From positions 37,798-101,797 of the IMG/VR virus record IMGVR_UViG_3300043788_000131: DNA of 64,000 bases; one strand, written 5' to 3'. The notes under the pieces are model-generated. The model was not told where the DNA came from and searched no databases. It saw only the letters and a list, made by a program, of their open reading frames with translations. A program made the translations under genes and the position numbers. Of this stretch, positions 54,447 through 64,000 are shown piece by piece (the stretch's first letter is position 1; each line of letters starts with the position of its first letter). This DNA comes from a virus.

Positions 54447-55340
54447 GGGGGGATACCGTGGCGAGTGGGGCGGAACGAATGCGGGCGCTGCGCGAGCGGC
54501 GCCGCAAAAAGCTCAAAACCTTCACCGTGACGATCAGCCAGGATGAGGTCGATGAGGTCGGCAGGATCGAAGGCGGAATATACGAAAACATATTTTCAGC
54601 CGACCCGCGCGCCGCCGGCGAGGGCCTCGCCCTCTTCATCAGCGACACCATTGCCTGCCTCGACCACCTGCGGTGACATCGGGAAACTCCGGGCCATCCG
54701 CCTCTGAGTTTCCCGGTGACACCGTCACGCAACGCCGTTGCAGTGCAGCGTGACACGTCACTTTACCCCGAGCTTGACAGTGACGCCGTCACTCACACAG
54801 TCGGAAAGTAGTGCTCGGGCGGCGCCTGCGTCGGCCGCGGCCCGGCCGGTCGATGCGTCAGGACCCAGCGGCCCCCACGTACTGCAACTTCAAGAACATC
54901 GCCTTCGAGGAAAACTCGGTTCTCGTCCCAAGCGCCTGATTTAGCAGCGAATTTTCCCTTAAGGCCTAGCTCAAGGTAAACCGCGCGCCGGTCCGTCTTG
55001 AGGATGACTTCCGGCTTGCGCTTGTCGTCCATGACCCCCCCGAGGGTGCTACCGAAATTACCGAACGGCTCAAATCGAGAAATCGGCCCGCTTATGTTGC
55101 ACCGTCACAAGTCGACCGCCGACGACGATCTGACGCTTCATCACCACCCTGCCGCTTGGTCTGGGCTCACTGCGCGGCGGTCCGTACCTGCCGGCGAGGA
55201 TTAGAAGCTCGTGGGCAATGGCGTCCTTCTCGATGTGGAAGGCTTCCGGATCGTGATTGAGCGGCAGTAGCCTCCGCACGCGCCGCGCCAGCCCGCGGAT
55301 ATGCTCTGCGAGCTCGGCTGACACTGGCGATGACCCAAAG

Positions 55341-55364
55341 AAAAAGGCGGGGTGGTGCCCCGCC
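55341..55364 (-). terminator. Intrinsic terminator-like hairpin
   Basis: GGCGGGG-CACCA-CCCCGCC + TTTTTCTTT. Confidence 0.7.
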
Positions 55365-55486
55365 AAGGTTGGATTGCCTCAGTGACGAGGGGGATGTCTT
55401 TTGCGGTCGTGCCGCACGACCCCCATCATCATTTTCTTCCGTACACGAGTGCCCCGCCTCGTGACAAGCGGGACCTGCAGGCGTGG

Positions 55487-56275
55487 TTAACGAGCCGCTT
55501 TCTTCAGGCGTATCTCTTCGAGATCGCGGAGCGCGAGAGCGATCTTCATGACGCGCTGGATCTCGGCCTCGTCCTTCGGCATCAGCTTGCGCACGACCTT
55601 CTCAAGGGTGTTGCGCCAGGACAGGTGGACACGGCGCATCTTGGTGTCGACGGGCGCCGCCGCCTCAGTCGGTCGCTCTTGAGCAAAGCCGCCGAGTGCG
55701 GCCGCAATTTCTTTCTTGCCCTTCCTGGGCTTCCCGCCGCGAACAAAAAAATGCGCCATCCTGGTGAGGAAGCGGCGCAGATCCTCGTACATCGCCGGGT
55801 TGGTGGCTGTGTCGTAGACGCAAACATCGAGCACGGCTGAACGCAAGTTGCGCGGGCACGCCATGATCTCATCGCGAACAGCGTTGAAATTGGCCTCGAT
55901 CCGCGCTGTCTCATCTTCGAGGAGCTCAACCTGATCGTGGCTCAGGCGCTCCTCGGCGACGTCAGCACCACCCGAATATCCACTTTCGAGATTTGCGCTT
56001 TTTGCGGACGGCCGCATGCGCTGGCTTCGATGCCACCGCTGATACGTCTCCCTTATGCGAAATCCCACCTCCGCTTGGCTTCGGGTCACCTCCCCCGCGA
56101 ATACGAGGCGTCCGACCTCGCTTGCGTACAGTGGGTCCTCGGCCGTCGACAGCATCGCCTTCAGCCGGCCCCAGAGCGCGGGAGCCATCGTCTGTTCGCT
56201 GGGCTTTCCGCTTTTCGCCTTCCCCGCCGGCGTTCTCTCGGCCAGCGCATGACGCGGCCTCCCCTTTTTCCCCAC
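55487..56275 (-). CDS. Putative late-gene regulator / Q-like antiterminator
   Basis: GRPR...ER.P.GK N-terminus; S.VGRL...G.VT..Q...G; last gene of the replication block. Confidence 0.5.
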   Translation of the reverse strand: MGKKGRPRHALAERTPAGKAKSGKPSEQTMAPALWGRLKAMLSTAEDPLYASEVGRLVFAGEVTRSQAEVGFRIRETYQRWHRSQRMRPSAKSANLESGYSGGADVAEERLSHDQVELLEDETARIEANFNAVRDEIMACPRNLRSAVLDVCVYDTATNPAMYEDLRRFLTRMAHFFVRGGKPRKGKKEIAAALGGFAQERPTEAAAPVDTKMRRVHLSWRNTLEKVVRKLMPKDEAEIQRVMKIALALRDLEEIRLKKAAR

Positions 56276-57593
56276 GCAACAACTCCCGCTGGAAACGCAC
56301 TTCGTAGGGCACCCAGGCCAGGGCGCCAGCTACCTGATCCCGCACACGCGCCGGCGACGGGTCCCCCATGAGCCCGGCCGTCACATCCACAAAATCGGTT
56401 ACTGGCGCCCTTTTGCGAGCCACATGCCCCGCCCCCGGGTTCTTTTTCGCTGGTGGTGGTGAATTTTCCGTCAGCGAGAGAGCGACGCCGCCGCGCCCCC
56501 TTCCTTCGTGCGTTCTTGCGCCCCCGCGCTGCGGACTGGTGATAATCGGACGCACATCCTCGGGGGGCGTTTCGTTTTTCACCACGTCATCGTAAATGCG
56601 GATCGTTTCGCGAGTGGTGAGCGGCGCGTCATACGTCGGGCGCGTGAAGTCCCAAGTGCTCCACGGCGGGAGGCCGCGATGCCGGCCAGGGCGGCACATC
56701 CAACGGTAATTGGCGAGCAGAACCGCTGGGTCCTCGCCCGTGTATCTGCAGGCGTCAGCGATCGCCCGCTTCACCTCGTCCAGGTCGTCAATCATTCGAC
56801 CGTTCTACCGTTCCAAGTGATCGGGTCGTAGATCGAATACCTCAACACCCCAGATTTTCCGGGGCGGTCGGCCTCTCCGATGACGGCAATAGCGTTGAAG
56901 CTCGGCGCCTCGATCTTGTCGAGGAAGATTCGCAGTTGCTTGAACATCCAGTCCCGGTAAGCGCCGACAACCTCGATCATCGGGCCTGGGTCTTTGACGC
57001 TCACACCAAACACACCAGTCGGCGCAGGCGCCAGCAACAATCGCGCGGGAGCCTGAAACGCAATGCGCAGCATGGGCCGCACGCGGGGCTCGCTGCGGTG
57101 CTCGATCGTGCGCTCAGTCTTGCGATATCCGGTGACCCGGCGCCCCGAGGGGAGTGTGATCTTAACTCTGCCGCTCATGGTGGATCACCCCACCACAGCG
57201 GCCTAAAGGCCTCGTTAAACGGCGACCTATCATCGTGATAGCTTCCGCATCCCAGGCTGGATGCCGCAAAGCTCCCTGATCTGCATTTCGAACGGCGTGA
57301 AATCCTTGAACAACAGCCGCGCCTCGGCCATGAGGATCATTCGCCGCTGTAGCATCAGGTGGGCGTGGCGAATTCCGGCCGACATCGGCGGCAAGTCGCG
57401 CATAAAAGGCTCGGCAACCGCCTGACACGTCGCGTCGTGCCGGACCTGCTCAAGAAGAGCCCTGTCAATCTCGCCAAAACAGACCGGTTCAAGCCGGTGC
57501 AGCATTTCCCGCGAATCCCCCACGGCACGCAACCTTACGGGGGATAGCGCGGAAAAGCTACAAGATTGTAAAGGCTTACGAAAACCCCTTAAT

Positions 57594-58373
57594 TCATCTG
57601 GGTAAGATGAATTCCCGACCCCGGCGCGGCTCACGGACCCCCAGGGCTCGGCGGACATGGCTTGCACAGTACGGCAGCCCATTGACCGTTTGTGCACCGC
57701 AAAAAAGGTAAGCAGGCCTGTCCTGGATCGGCCAGCGGCACTTCTCCTGGCTCAGCCCGAAGAGATCGACCGCGTCGGGCGTCGGCTTCTCGCGCGGGAG
57801 GTCCTTCTTGGCGAAAGCGCCAGCCAAGGCTGGCGGCCGGACCGGGTTGTTGTTGTGGCCGCGCAGATCCGGCCGCGCCACAGAGTAGATCGACACCAAC
57901 TCGGGGCTCGGCACAAACCCCACGATTGCCGCGAAATCTTCTTCGTCTGACTCGGGTTCTGGCTCGGGCGGTGGCGGAGGTGGAGCGGGAGGCGGAGGAG
58001 GCGGCACCCAAGGCGGCTCGGGCATTGTCGCCGGCTCGGGCATTGCCGCGATTACCTCGATCTGCTCAATTCGGTGCGCGAGGCGACGGTTGTGCGCGAG
58101 GCGGCGGCTGGGGGACCAGGGGGTTGATTTCGGGCGAATCATCTTCCGCCCATTCTGAGGGGCCTGCAGCTTGAGGCCATACTTGTGTACCTGCCCGGCG
58201 ACCGCATTGCGGGTCACCGACAGGCCAAGCATCATGATCGTCGTCCTAAACTCCTTGACGATGACCTCGGCAATCTCGCCGCCGGATAGCTCCCTGGTGT
58301 CGACGAGCTCCCGCAGACGCCCGACCATTTCAGGCGTCCATTTCTTTCTCTGATTCGACCCTCTGGGCATCAT
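57594..58373 (-). CDS. gcrA: GcrA cell-cycle regulator homologue
   Basis: WT...V..L..L....LS..EIA...TRNAV.G..H..GL; L..L....CRWP......FCG......PYC..H...A; poly-Pro linker. Confidence 0.9.
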   Translation of the reverse strand: MMPRGSNQRKKWTPEMVGRLRELVDTRELSGGEIAEVIVKEFRTTIMMLGLSVTRNAVAGQVHKYGLKLQAPQNGRKMIRPKSTPWSPSRRLAHNRRLAHRIEQIEVIAAMPEPATMPEPPWVPPPPPPAPPPPPPEPEPESDEEDFAAIVGFVPSPELVSIYSVARPDLRGHNNNPVRPPALAGAFAKKDLPREKPTPDAVDLFGLSQEKCRWPIQDRPAYLFCGAQTVNGLPYCASHVRRALGVREPRRGREFILPR

Positions 58374-59037
58374 GGTTCTCTTGTTGTTGGCTCTTCCGCG
58401 CTTCCAAGTCTGCCAGCACCCGCTGGGTATGCTTCCCATCGCCGATTCGATCAACCACTTTCCGGGGAGTTTGCTGAAGGGGGCGATCGGCCTCTACCGG
58501 CGCTTCCAAGATTCCGCGGCACTCTCGCAAAGCCCGCTCGTACTCCCAGGTAAGTCCGCGAACCACCCGATTGACCATATTTTCGAGGGTCTCGCCCTCC
58601 CGCCGATGCTCAAGGGTCTGTCTGATGCGCAGACAAGCTTCACGCACAGCCCAAGGCGGCTGCGCTCCCAGACTTTCCGTAATCTGCGCCACCATGCCGG
58701 TAGCGGTCTCATCATCCATTCCGGCCGGCAGCACGCTGAGAAGCATATCCGGATCAGCCGCCGGCACCGTCGCAACGGCCTGTTCCAGCGCTGCAATCCT
58801 GGTCTTCAACAGCGAGCACTCTTCCTCGGTCAACGAACGCCGAATCGCCTTTACGCTCGTATCGAAATTGCGAAAAGAGACGACGCAAGCGATTTCACGT
58901 TCAGTCGCGCGATTGAAGCGGGGCGGCAAATCCTCCCTCTTCCTGATCGGTATGACTGCTTGCTGCAGCGCGCTTCCGGGCAAGGGCGATACGCATCCTA
59001 ACTGCCCCACCTGCTCCCCGATTTGTTTGAAATCCAT
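58330..59037 (-). CDS. Replication accessory protein (helicase-loader-like by position)
   Basis: Follows the initiator; L...P.WAVREAC motif. Confidence 0.45.
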   Translation of the reverse strand: MDFKQIGEQVGQLGCVSPLPGSALQQAVIPIRKREDLPPRFNRATEREIACVVSFRNFDTSVKAIRRSLTEEECSLLKTRIAALEQAVATVPAADPDMLLSVLPAGMDDETATGMVAQITESLGAQPPWAVREACLRIRQTLEHRREGETLENMVNRVVRGLTWEYERALRECRGILEAPVEADRPLQQTPRKVVDRIGDGKHTQRVLADLEARKSQQQENHDAQRVESEKEMDA

Positions 59038-59713
59038 TATTGCCTCCTGTTTGGTGATTGCCGTTCACTGCTGCCGGCTGATCGTCCCAACGTCCACCGT
59101 TGAGCCACGTCGCTGGATTACACCAAGGCCGATCGTCCGTCTTCGCTGCATAGCGAGCGAGACCCGCCATCAGGTCGTCTATCCCCACAATCCCCATTTT
59201 GAGAATGCGCTGGAAGCTGGTGGCAGCGTCACGCTTGCCAACCTTGTGCGGATAGGCCTGCCAGAATTTTGCGAAAAGCGCCGCCCCTCGCGCGCGCGTA
59301 TCCACTTCTTTCTTCTCTTGAGAATTCGACAAATCATCAAACAAGGGAAGAGAAGGAAACAGAAACGATTCTTTGGAAGGGGTATTAGGGGGAACCTTTC
59401 TTTGATTGGTCAACCCTTCTTCCGAGGGTCCCATCACTTTATCCACTGACTCAATCCCTAGGGGTTCGGCTGATGGGGGCCCCGCCGTTGGTGGGGGGTC
59501 CGCCGTTGCTTCCGCGGAATTCCGCGGAATTCCGGGATTTTCCGCGGAATTCCGGGATTTTCCGCGAATTTTGGCGAGGCGCTTGCGCTCGCGGTCCTTC
59601 GCTCGGCGGGCCTCGCCGATCTTCTGAAGCTCCTCGAAGAGCGCCATGAGGACGTCCGCCGACGCTCCGGCGGTGTGGGCTGCGCGCATAGCCGCTGCAA
59701 TGGATTGGTCCAT
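58901..59713 (-). CDS. Phage replication initiator (lambda O-like organisation)
   Basis: R..DRERKR; FAKFW.AYP.KVGK..A...F; CNPATWLN..RWDD; internal iterons. Confidence 0.8.
   Translation of the reverse strand: MDQSIAAAMRAAHTAGASADVLMALFEELQKIGEARRAKDRERKRLAKIRGKSRNSAENPGIPRNSAEATADPPPTAGPPSAEPLGIESVDKVMGPSEEGLTNQRKVPPNTPSKESFLFPSLPLFDDLSNSQEKKEVDTRARGAALFAKFWQAYPHKVGKRDAATSFQRILKMGIVGIDDLMAGLARYAAKTDDRPWCNPATWLNGGRWDDQPAAVNGNHQTGGNNGFQTNRGAGGAVRMRIALARKRAAASSHTDQEEGGFAAPLQSRD
59510..59571. repeat. Origin iterons: six tandem 10-bp units (TTCCGCGGAA / TTCCGGGATT)
   Basis: Seen directly inside the initiator gene, near an A/T-rich tract at about 59300-59410. Confidence 0.8.
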
Positions 59714-59761
59714 CTGGTCCTCCTGGCAAAGGACCGAGGCTCTACCGATTCGCGCCCGCTG

Positions 59762-60451
59762 TCAGCGAGAACGGGCTGGCAACGCCGGTGTTTTGCGGGG
59801 AGAAGGCTCGGGATCTCGATAGAGCCAGTCGATCACAGGACGGCTCCGGCGCTTGCGGCCGGTGTCCCAGATGTACCAAGCGTAGTCCGTCGTCCCGTTG
59901 CCGGTGGGCTTTTGGACGTGGCCCGGCGGCATCGCCGGCCGGGGGCAGATGAAATAGACCCGCACGAGTGGGGTGCTGGCGAGCCAGCGCGATCGCCGGG
60001 TGCCCTGTATCCAATTTGAGGGCAGCAGCAGGGCGACCTTGCCACCCTTCGGGGTGACGAGATCCAAGGCCCGCTCTGCGAAGGCTCTCGCAAGTGCGAA
60101 CGGCGGGTTCGAGACAATGTCCATATCGTGGATCAGGATGCCCCAGGCGAGGAAATCCCTGGTTTTTCCGCAATACTTGCTGCGTTTGACGATGTCGGTG
60201 CCGATGGCATGCAAGCCGTGGAGCCGGGCTGATTGTACGATGCGGCCCGATCCGCAGGCCGGGTCCCAGACCGCGAAGAACCTTTCAGCCTCGAAGAGCC
60301 GGCGGCTCACCCAATCGGGCTCGGTGTACCAGTCGTTCTTCTGCCTGACCCAGAGGTGGCTCTTGCGCTTGCGCAGTGGCCCGCGGTGGCGCTTCACCCT
60401 GTTGCGAGCCCCCGCGGCTTTGGCGGTGGCGCCTCGCGCTCGCCCTGCCAA
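59762..60451 (-). CDS. DNA (N6-adenine-type) methyltransferase
   Basis: DWYTEP, WDPACGSG (motif I), DFL, IVSNPPF (motif IV), YAWYIW. Confidence 0.85.
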   Translation of the reverse strand: MAGRARGATAKAAGARNRVKRHRGPLRKRKSHLWVRQKNDWYTEPDWVSRRLFEAERFFAVWDPACGSGRIVQSARLHGLHAIGTDIVKRSKYCGKTRDFLAWGILIHDMDIVSNPPFALARAFAERALDLVTPKGGKVALLLPSNWIQGTRRSRWLASTPLVRVYFICPRPAMPPGHVQKPTGNGTTDYAWYIWDTGRKRRSRPVIDWLYRDPEPSPRKTPALPARSR

Positions 60452-60590
60452 TAGGCGCTGACCTCCCGTTTGTAGGAGGAGAGGCTTTTCTTGAGCTTCG
60501 CCTGCTTGTGCTTAGTGACGCGCTCGTGCCTCCGCGCAAGGTAGCTGCGCACCCTGTTGACCCCGTGGCTCCTGGCCATGGGCCCCCTCC

Positions 60591-60935
60591 TCATGAAGTG
60601 AAGTTCCGTTCGCTCTTTAGTGAAACATTTTCGGATTGTTGTTTGTGTAGAAGTAGATGGCAGCCACGGCAGAGCCATTCGACCAAAAGCGGTTGTGAAT
60701 AGTCAGGATGGTGCATCTGGGTGGCGTCGCTCCCGCATGCCCTGCATGGCTGCTGGATCAACCACCCGCGCCGCTTGTAGGTGAGGGCATACGAGCGGCA
60801 ATTATCCTTCTGCCGCTGCTCAGCGTTCAGCCGATGCGTCTTCCGCCACTCCCGCATGTAGGCGGCAAAGCATCCAGCACAGTACCGATGTGCCGGCCTG
60901 GACGGATTTACCCCGCACACCGAGCAGAGACCCAT
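60591..60935 (-). CDS. HNH-like zinc-binding protein
   Basis: PC..CG.....HH.DYS.PL.VEWLC..CH. Confidence 0.75.
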   Translation of the reverse strand: MGLCSVCGVNPSRPAHRYCAGCFAAYMREWRKTHRLNAEQRQKDNCRSYALTYKRRGWLIQQPCRACGSDATQMHHPDYSQPLLVEWLCRGCHLLLHKQQSENVSLKSERNFTS

Positions 60936-61344
60936 AATCCCCCCCCTATAGGTGCTGCGGCCGCGAATAGAGGATCACCAGCACGACCGCCAGTATTCCG
61001 ACGACCATCACCAAATGCGAGGCAAACATCAGTCGTGATCCTTTACTCTTGAGCGCTCATTCGCCCATCGTTTGACCGCCTCCGGTGTCACGCTACCGCC
61101 GCGCGTGGTCTCCCAATGCGTCGGCAGCCAAATGGAGAAGGCGACGAGGCCGACGATGATGCAGACCAGCAACAGTCGGTCGAGCCATAGCCTCATAGCC
61201 ACTTCCACGGCCCCATCATGATACTCCACTGGTGCCGCCAGCAGCGGTCGCATTGCCGGTAGCGGACGTGGTCGCCGACGAAGGTATCGCCCCAGCGATG
61301 GCCGAACACCGCGCAGAGGTGCCGTTTTATAGACCCTGCGCCTT

Positions 61345-61548
61345 TCATGCCGCCGGCCGCTGTTTGGGTTTGTAGCGCTCCATGAACCGCATCACGACGG
61401 CGACAGTGTCGAGTCCTGGCGACCGCCCGCCGCGGCACTCGTAGACAAAGCTGGGGTCGCCCATCGCCCGGCGTCCGAACTCGCGCGCCGACATGCTGTG
61501 GTGCAGCAAGAAGGCTTCGATCTCCGACATGAATTCGGCTCTATTCAT
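61345..61548 (-). CDS. Cro-like HTH regulator
   Basis: IEAFL..H.MSA..FGR.A.GDP.FV...R.GRSP.L.T...V..FM. Confidence 0.8.
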   Translation of the reverse strand: MNRAEFMSEIEAFLLHHSMSAREFGRRAMGDPSFVYECRGGRSPGLDTVAVVMRFMERYKPKQRPAA

Positions 61549-61561
61549 GTTGCCGAAAATG

Positions 61562-61685
61562 GCAGGGTTTTCCCTACGGCGCAAGCCTGCCTGTTGAAAG
61601 GTAAGGACGACTGACGTTAATAAAGTGGATTTGTAGGGAAAACCCTACTTGACGGCTGTAGGCAATTCCCTATTGTTCAATAGGG
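61562..61685. promoter_or_regulatory. Divergent promoter region with three 16-bp palindromic operators
   Basis: GCAGGGTTTTCCCTAC (61562-77), GTAGGGAAAACCCTAC (61633-48), GTAGGCAATTCCCTAT (61658-73); rightward TTGACG-16nt-TATTGT. Confidence 0.75.
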
Positions 61686-61750
61686 ACGCCAGAACAAGAA
61701 CCGAAAGCGCAGACCAGCGAAGCGGCCACAGCCCGGAAACGAGAGGAATC

Positions 61751-63193
61751 ATGAATGGAGCAGGCAAAGGCAAGAGGTTCACGGTGGTCGAAAACTCGGG
61801 CTTCGAGGATGAGCGCGACATCCGCACCTTCAAGACTTACGACGCGGCGGTGCGCTGGGCCACGAGATACTACGACGTTGGCGAATCGGAGCGCCTGAAC
61901 GTCCACATCGCCCGCGACACCGCGAGCGGACGGACCTACGACTTCTAGGAGGGGCAAGATGACCGAGTACACCGTCCACTTCCAGAAGGGGCGCGTCGTT
62001 GGGGCACGCTCCCTGCACATGGTTCACGTCGATGCCGTGACCGTCGCTGCAGCCATCAAAGCAGCCAAGGCGGAGCACGCCACATGGGGGGACAGCGTGG
62101 GCTATCGACTGACCCGCGTCGACCACTTCGACGACGAGACCGGCCGCTTGGTGATCGACCAATGAGCAGGAAACAACACTTTCAGCGAAACGGCGGCGGC
62201 GTGTTCAGGTGCGAGGTCTGTGATCGCAGCACGCGCCGCGTTGATCAGGGTCACGACAGCAGGCTATGCCCGCAGTGCTGGGACCTCGCTGGGCTCGACA
62301 ACACCGTGAACGACAACGGGCCCACAGAGCCGAGCCTGGGCGACTGGACCACCTACCGCGACGCCTTGCTCGCAGACGCCGTCGCGAAGGGCGGCAATGC
62401 CGAGCAGATCAAGAAGGAGTTCACTTATCTCTGGGGAGGTGGAGCATGAGCAACCGCGAGCGCCTACTTAAAATCGCTGAGTGGCATCAGCAGGAAGCGT
62501 CCAAGCACCTCAAACAGTCGCGCCTCCTGAAACACCGGAAGAAAGCCTGTTTCGCCGCCCTCGCACTGGCAGATCAGCACGGCGAGGCCGCCTCCGTGCT
62601 ACGCCGTGTCGCGGAGCAAATGCCCGCGATCCTGTCATTCCGGGAACTGATCCGCGAGGATCGCGTGCTGTGCGGCCACCCGGTTGTCGGGCCTTACTTT
62701 TCTCTGTCTTGCAATCGAATTCGCGGCCATGCCGGTGCGCATCGGTCAGCGACGCTCAAGAGCGACTCGGTCGAATGCCCCCACTGTCATTGGGGTTTCG
62801 CCCCAGGGGTAATCGACCAGCACATCCGGGAGAAACACACATGAACGATGATTTTGAAGACGGCTACGACGATAAGTGCACCGACCCCGGCGGCCATAGC
62901 TGGGTCTACACCGGGACTGCATACGGTGGCGATGACGACAGTTATCACGGTGAAGGTCGCTCTTACTGCGAATTTTGCGGCGCGGATGGGGATGCGTGAT
63001 GAGCAAATGGCTTATGTTGGTGGTGACGCTCGCGCTGCTGTCGGGTTGTGCGACGACCGCGCCGGTGCGGCAGATGCACGCCGTTCCCCGGCACCCGCAC
63101 CACCCTCACCAACTCCAGCGTCATCAGCCTCATCACCAGAGGCCACGCATGATGACCCCTTGGGGGGCAACACTGGCTGAGCAGGCAATATGA
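61751..63193 (+). CDS. Early operon of small hypothetical genes (61751..61948, 61959..62165, 62162..62449, 62446..62844, 62841..62999, 62999..63193), several with Cys/His fingers
   Basis: Strong RBSs and ATGA couplings; CxxC motifs; the last has a lipoprotein-like LLSGC signal. Confidence 0.55.
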
Positions 63194-63195
63194 AC

Positions 63196-63460
63196 CTGGG
63201 AGCGGTTCCACCGAGTCGGCCAGCGCAGGGGTCGGCTATCAGAAAGGCGGCCTGCCGGCCGCTCTCAGTTAGTAGGCATTGTGCGGTTCAAAGGCCGTCA
63301 GCCTGCGCACTTATTCAGCGATCCCGGCGGTGAACGTCGGGTTAGCGCGCCCCGGTCCCGGTCACGGTGCGCGGCTTTCCAGAGGACCGGCTAGAGCAGG
63401 GCAAGCGACGGTCGAGCGCAAGCTCGATGTGATGGCGGCCCCAACAACCGGGCACGCACT
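63196..63460 (+). ncRNA. Putative structured RNA
   Basis: Several helices with G-U pairs and a GCAA tetraloop hairpin in a gap between genes. Confidence 0.35.
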
Positions 63461-64000
63461 CACCAACGAACGGGACCGCGTCGTCGGACGGAAACTGTGA
63501 ATGACCTTCGCGGCGCGGTCCTTTTATAACCCGAATTCGAGGAGAAATTGGATGTTTAGACCTTTCACACGGCATCACGATCCGAGCGTGAGAAGCCCGC
63601 AGGCAGACGTGAACTCATGGAATGCCAACGTGGCCGTTGGCGAGAAGGTCACATACCGCAACGACCTCGGCGAGGAGATCCTGACGCGCACCCGCTCGCG
63701 CGCCCAGGTGCTCAGCAATCACACCGCAGTCGTGTGGTTGGATGGCATTACAGGATGCGTTGCGCTCGGTCGCGTCATGTCGGTGGTATCATAGGAGAGG
63801 CGACGATGCACACCTACAGGAAAGACAAAGTTGTTGGGCACAAAGAAGCCATCTGGACCGTGGGATATTGGGGCATGGTCGGGGATCGCGTAATGTGGGA
63901 GCCGCCGCGGCGATTGCCAAGGGTCACTACACGAAATGTGCCGAGGCCATTCGCGCGTTCAAGATGCCCGTGGAGAACGCGAAATGACCGGCTGGAACCT

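Noticed and set aside
57950-58050. GGC/GGA-rich repeats as a DNA element
   Set aside because: They simply encode the poly-Pro linker of GcrA.

Overview
The whole window is one stretch of a GC-rich tailed dsDNA phage or prophage with podovirus-like morphogenesis: P22/Sf6-type TerS, TerL, portal, scaffold, N4-gp56-like major capsid, tail tubular/stabilisation proteins, and no tape-measure or sheath gene seen. The host is probably an alphaproteobacterium (Hyphomicrobiales-like), inferred from a GcrA homologue and the type of Cro and late regulator. Nearly all genes run on the minus strand, in this order from the right: Cro-like switch with palindromic operators (61.6 kb); DNA methyltransferase; replication initiator with iterons; GcrA; putative late regulator; HNH plus tRNA-Met(CAT); a lipid-acting lysis-like cluster (holin, GxSxG hydrolase, fatty-acid hydroxylase); HiPIP-like, DnaJ and SLT genes; terminases; head and tail genes. 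The outstanding feature is about 25 kb of accessory DNA inside the head module, on both sides of the portal (10.9-29.3 kb and 32.1-39.9 kb). It encodes a nucleotide-sugar epimerase, three glycosyltransferases (two TPR-fused) and two SAM methyltransferases. These are interleaved with many Gly/Ser/Thr-rich and lectin/beta-helix proteins that share short N-terminal anchor motifs, and with an 891-aa Trp/Pro-rich combinatorial repeat protein. I interpret this as a candidate phage-encoded virion-decoration and protein-glycosylation (glycan-shield) system. No integrase, CI repressor, CRISPR array or reverse transcriptase was recognised. All family calls come from motif recognition by eye, not database searches.
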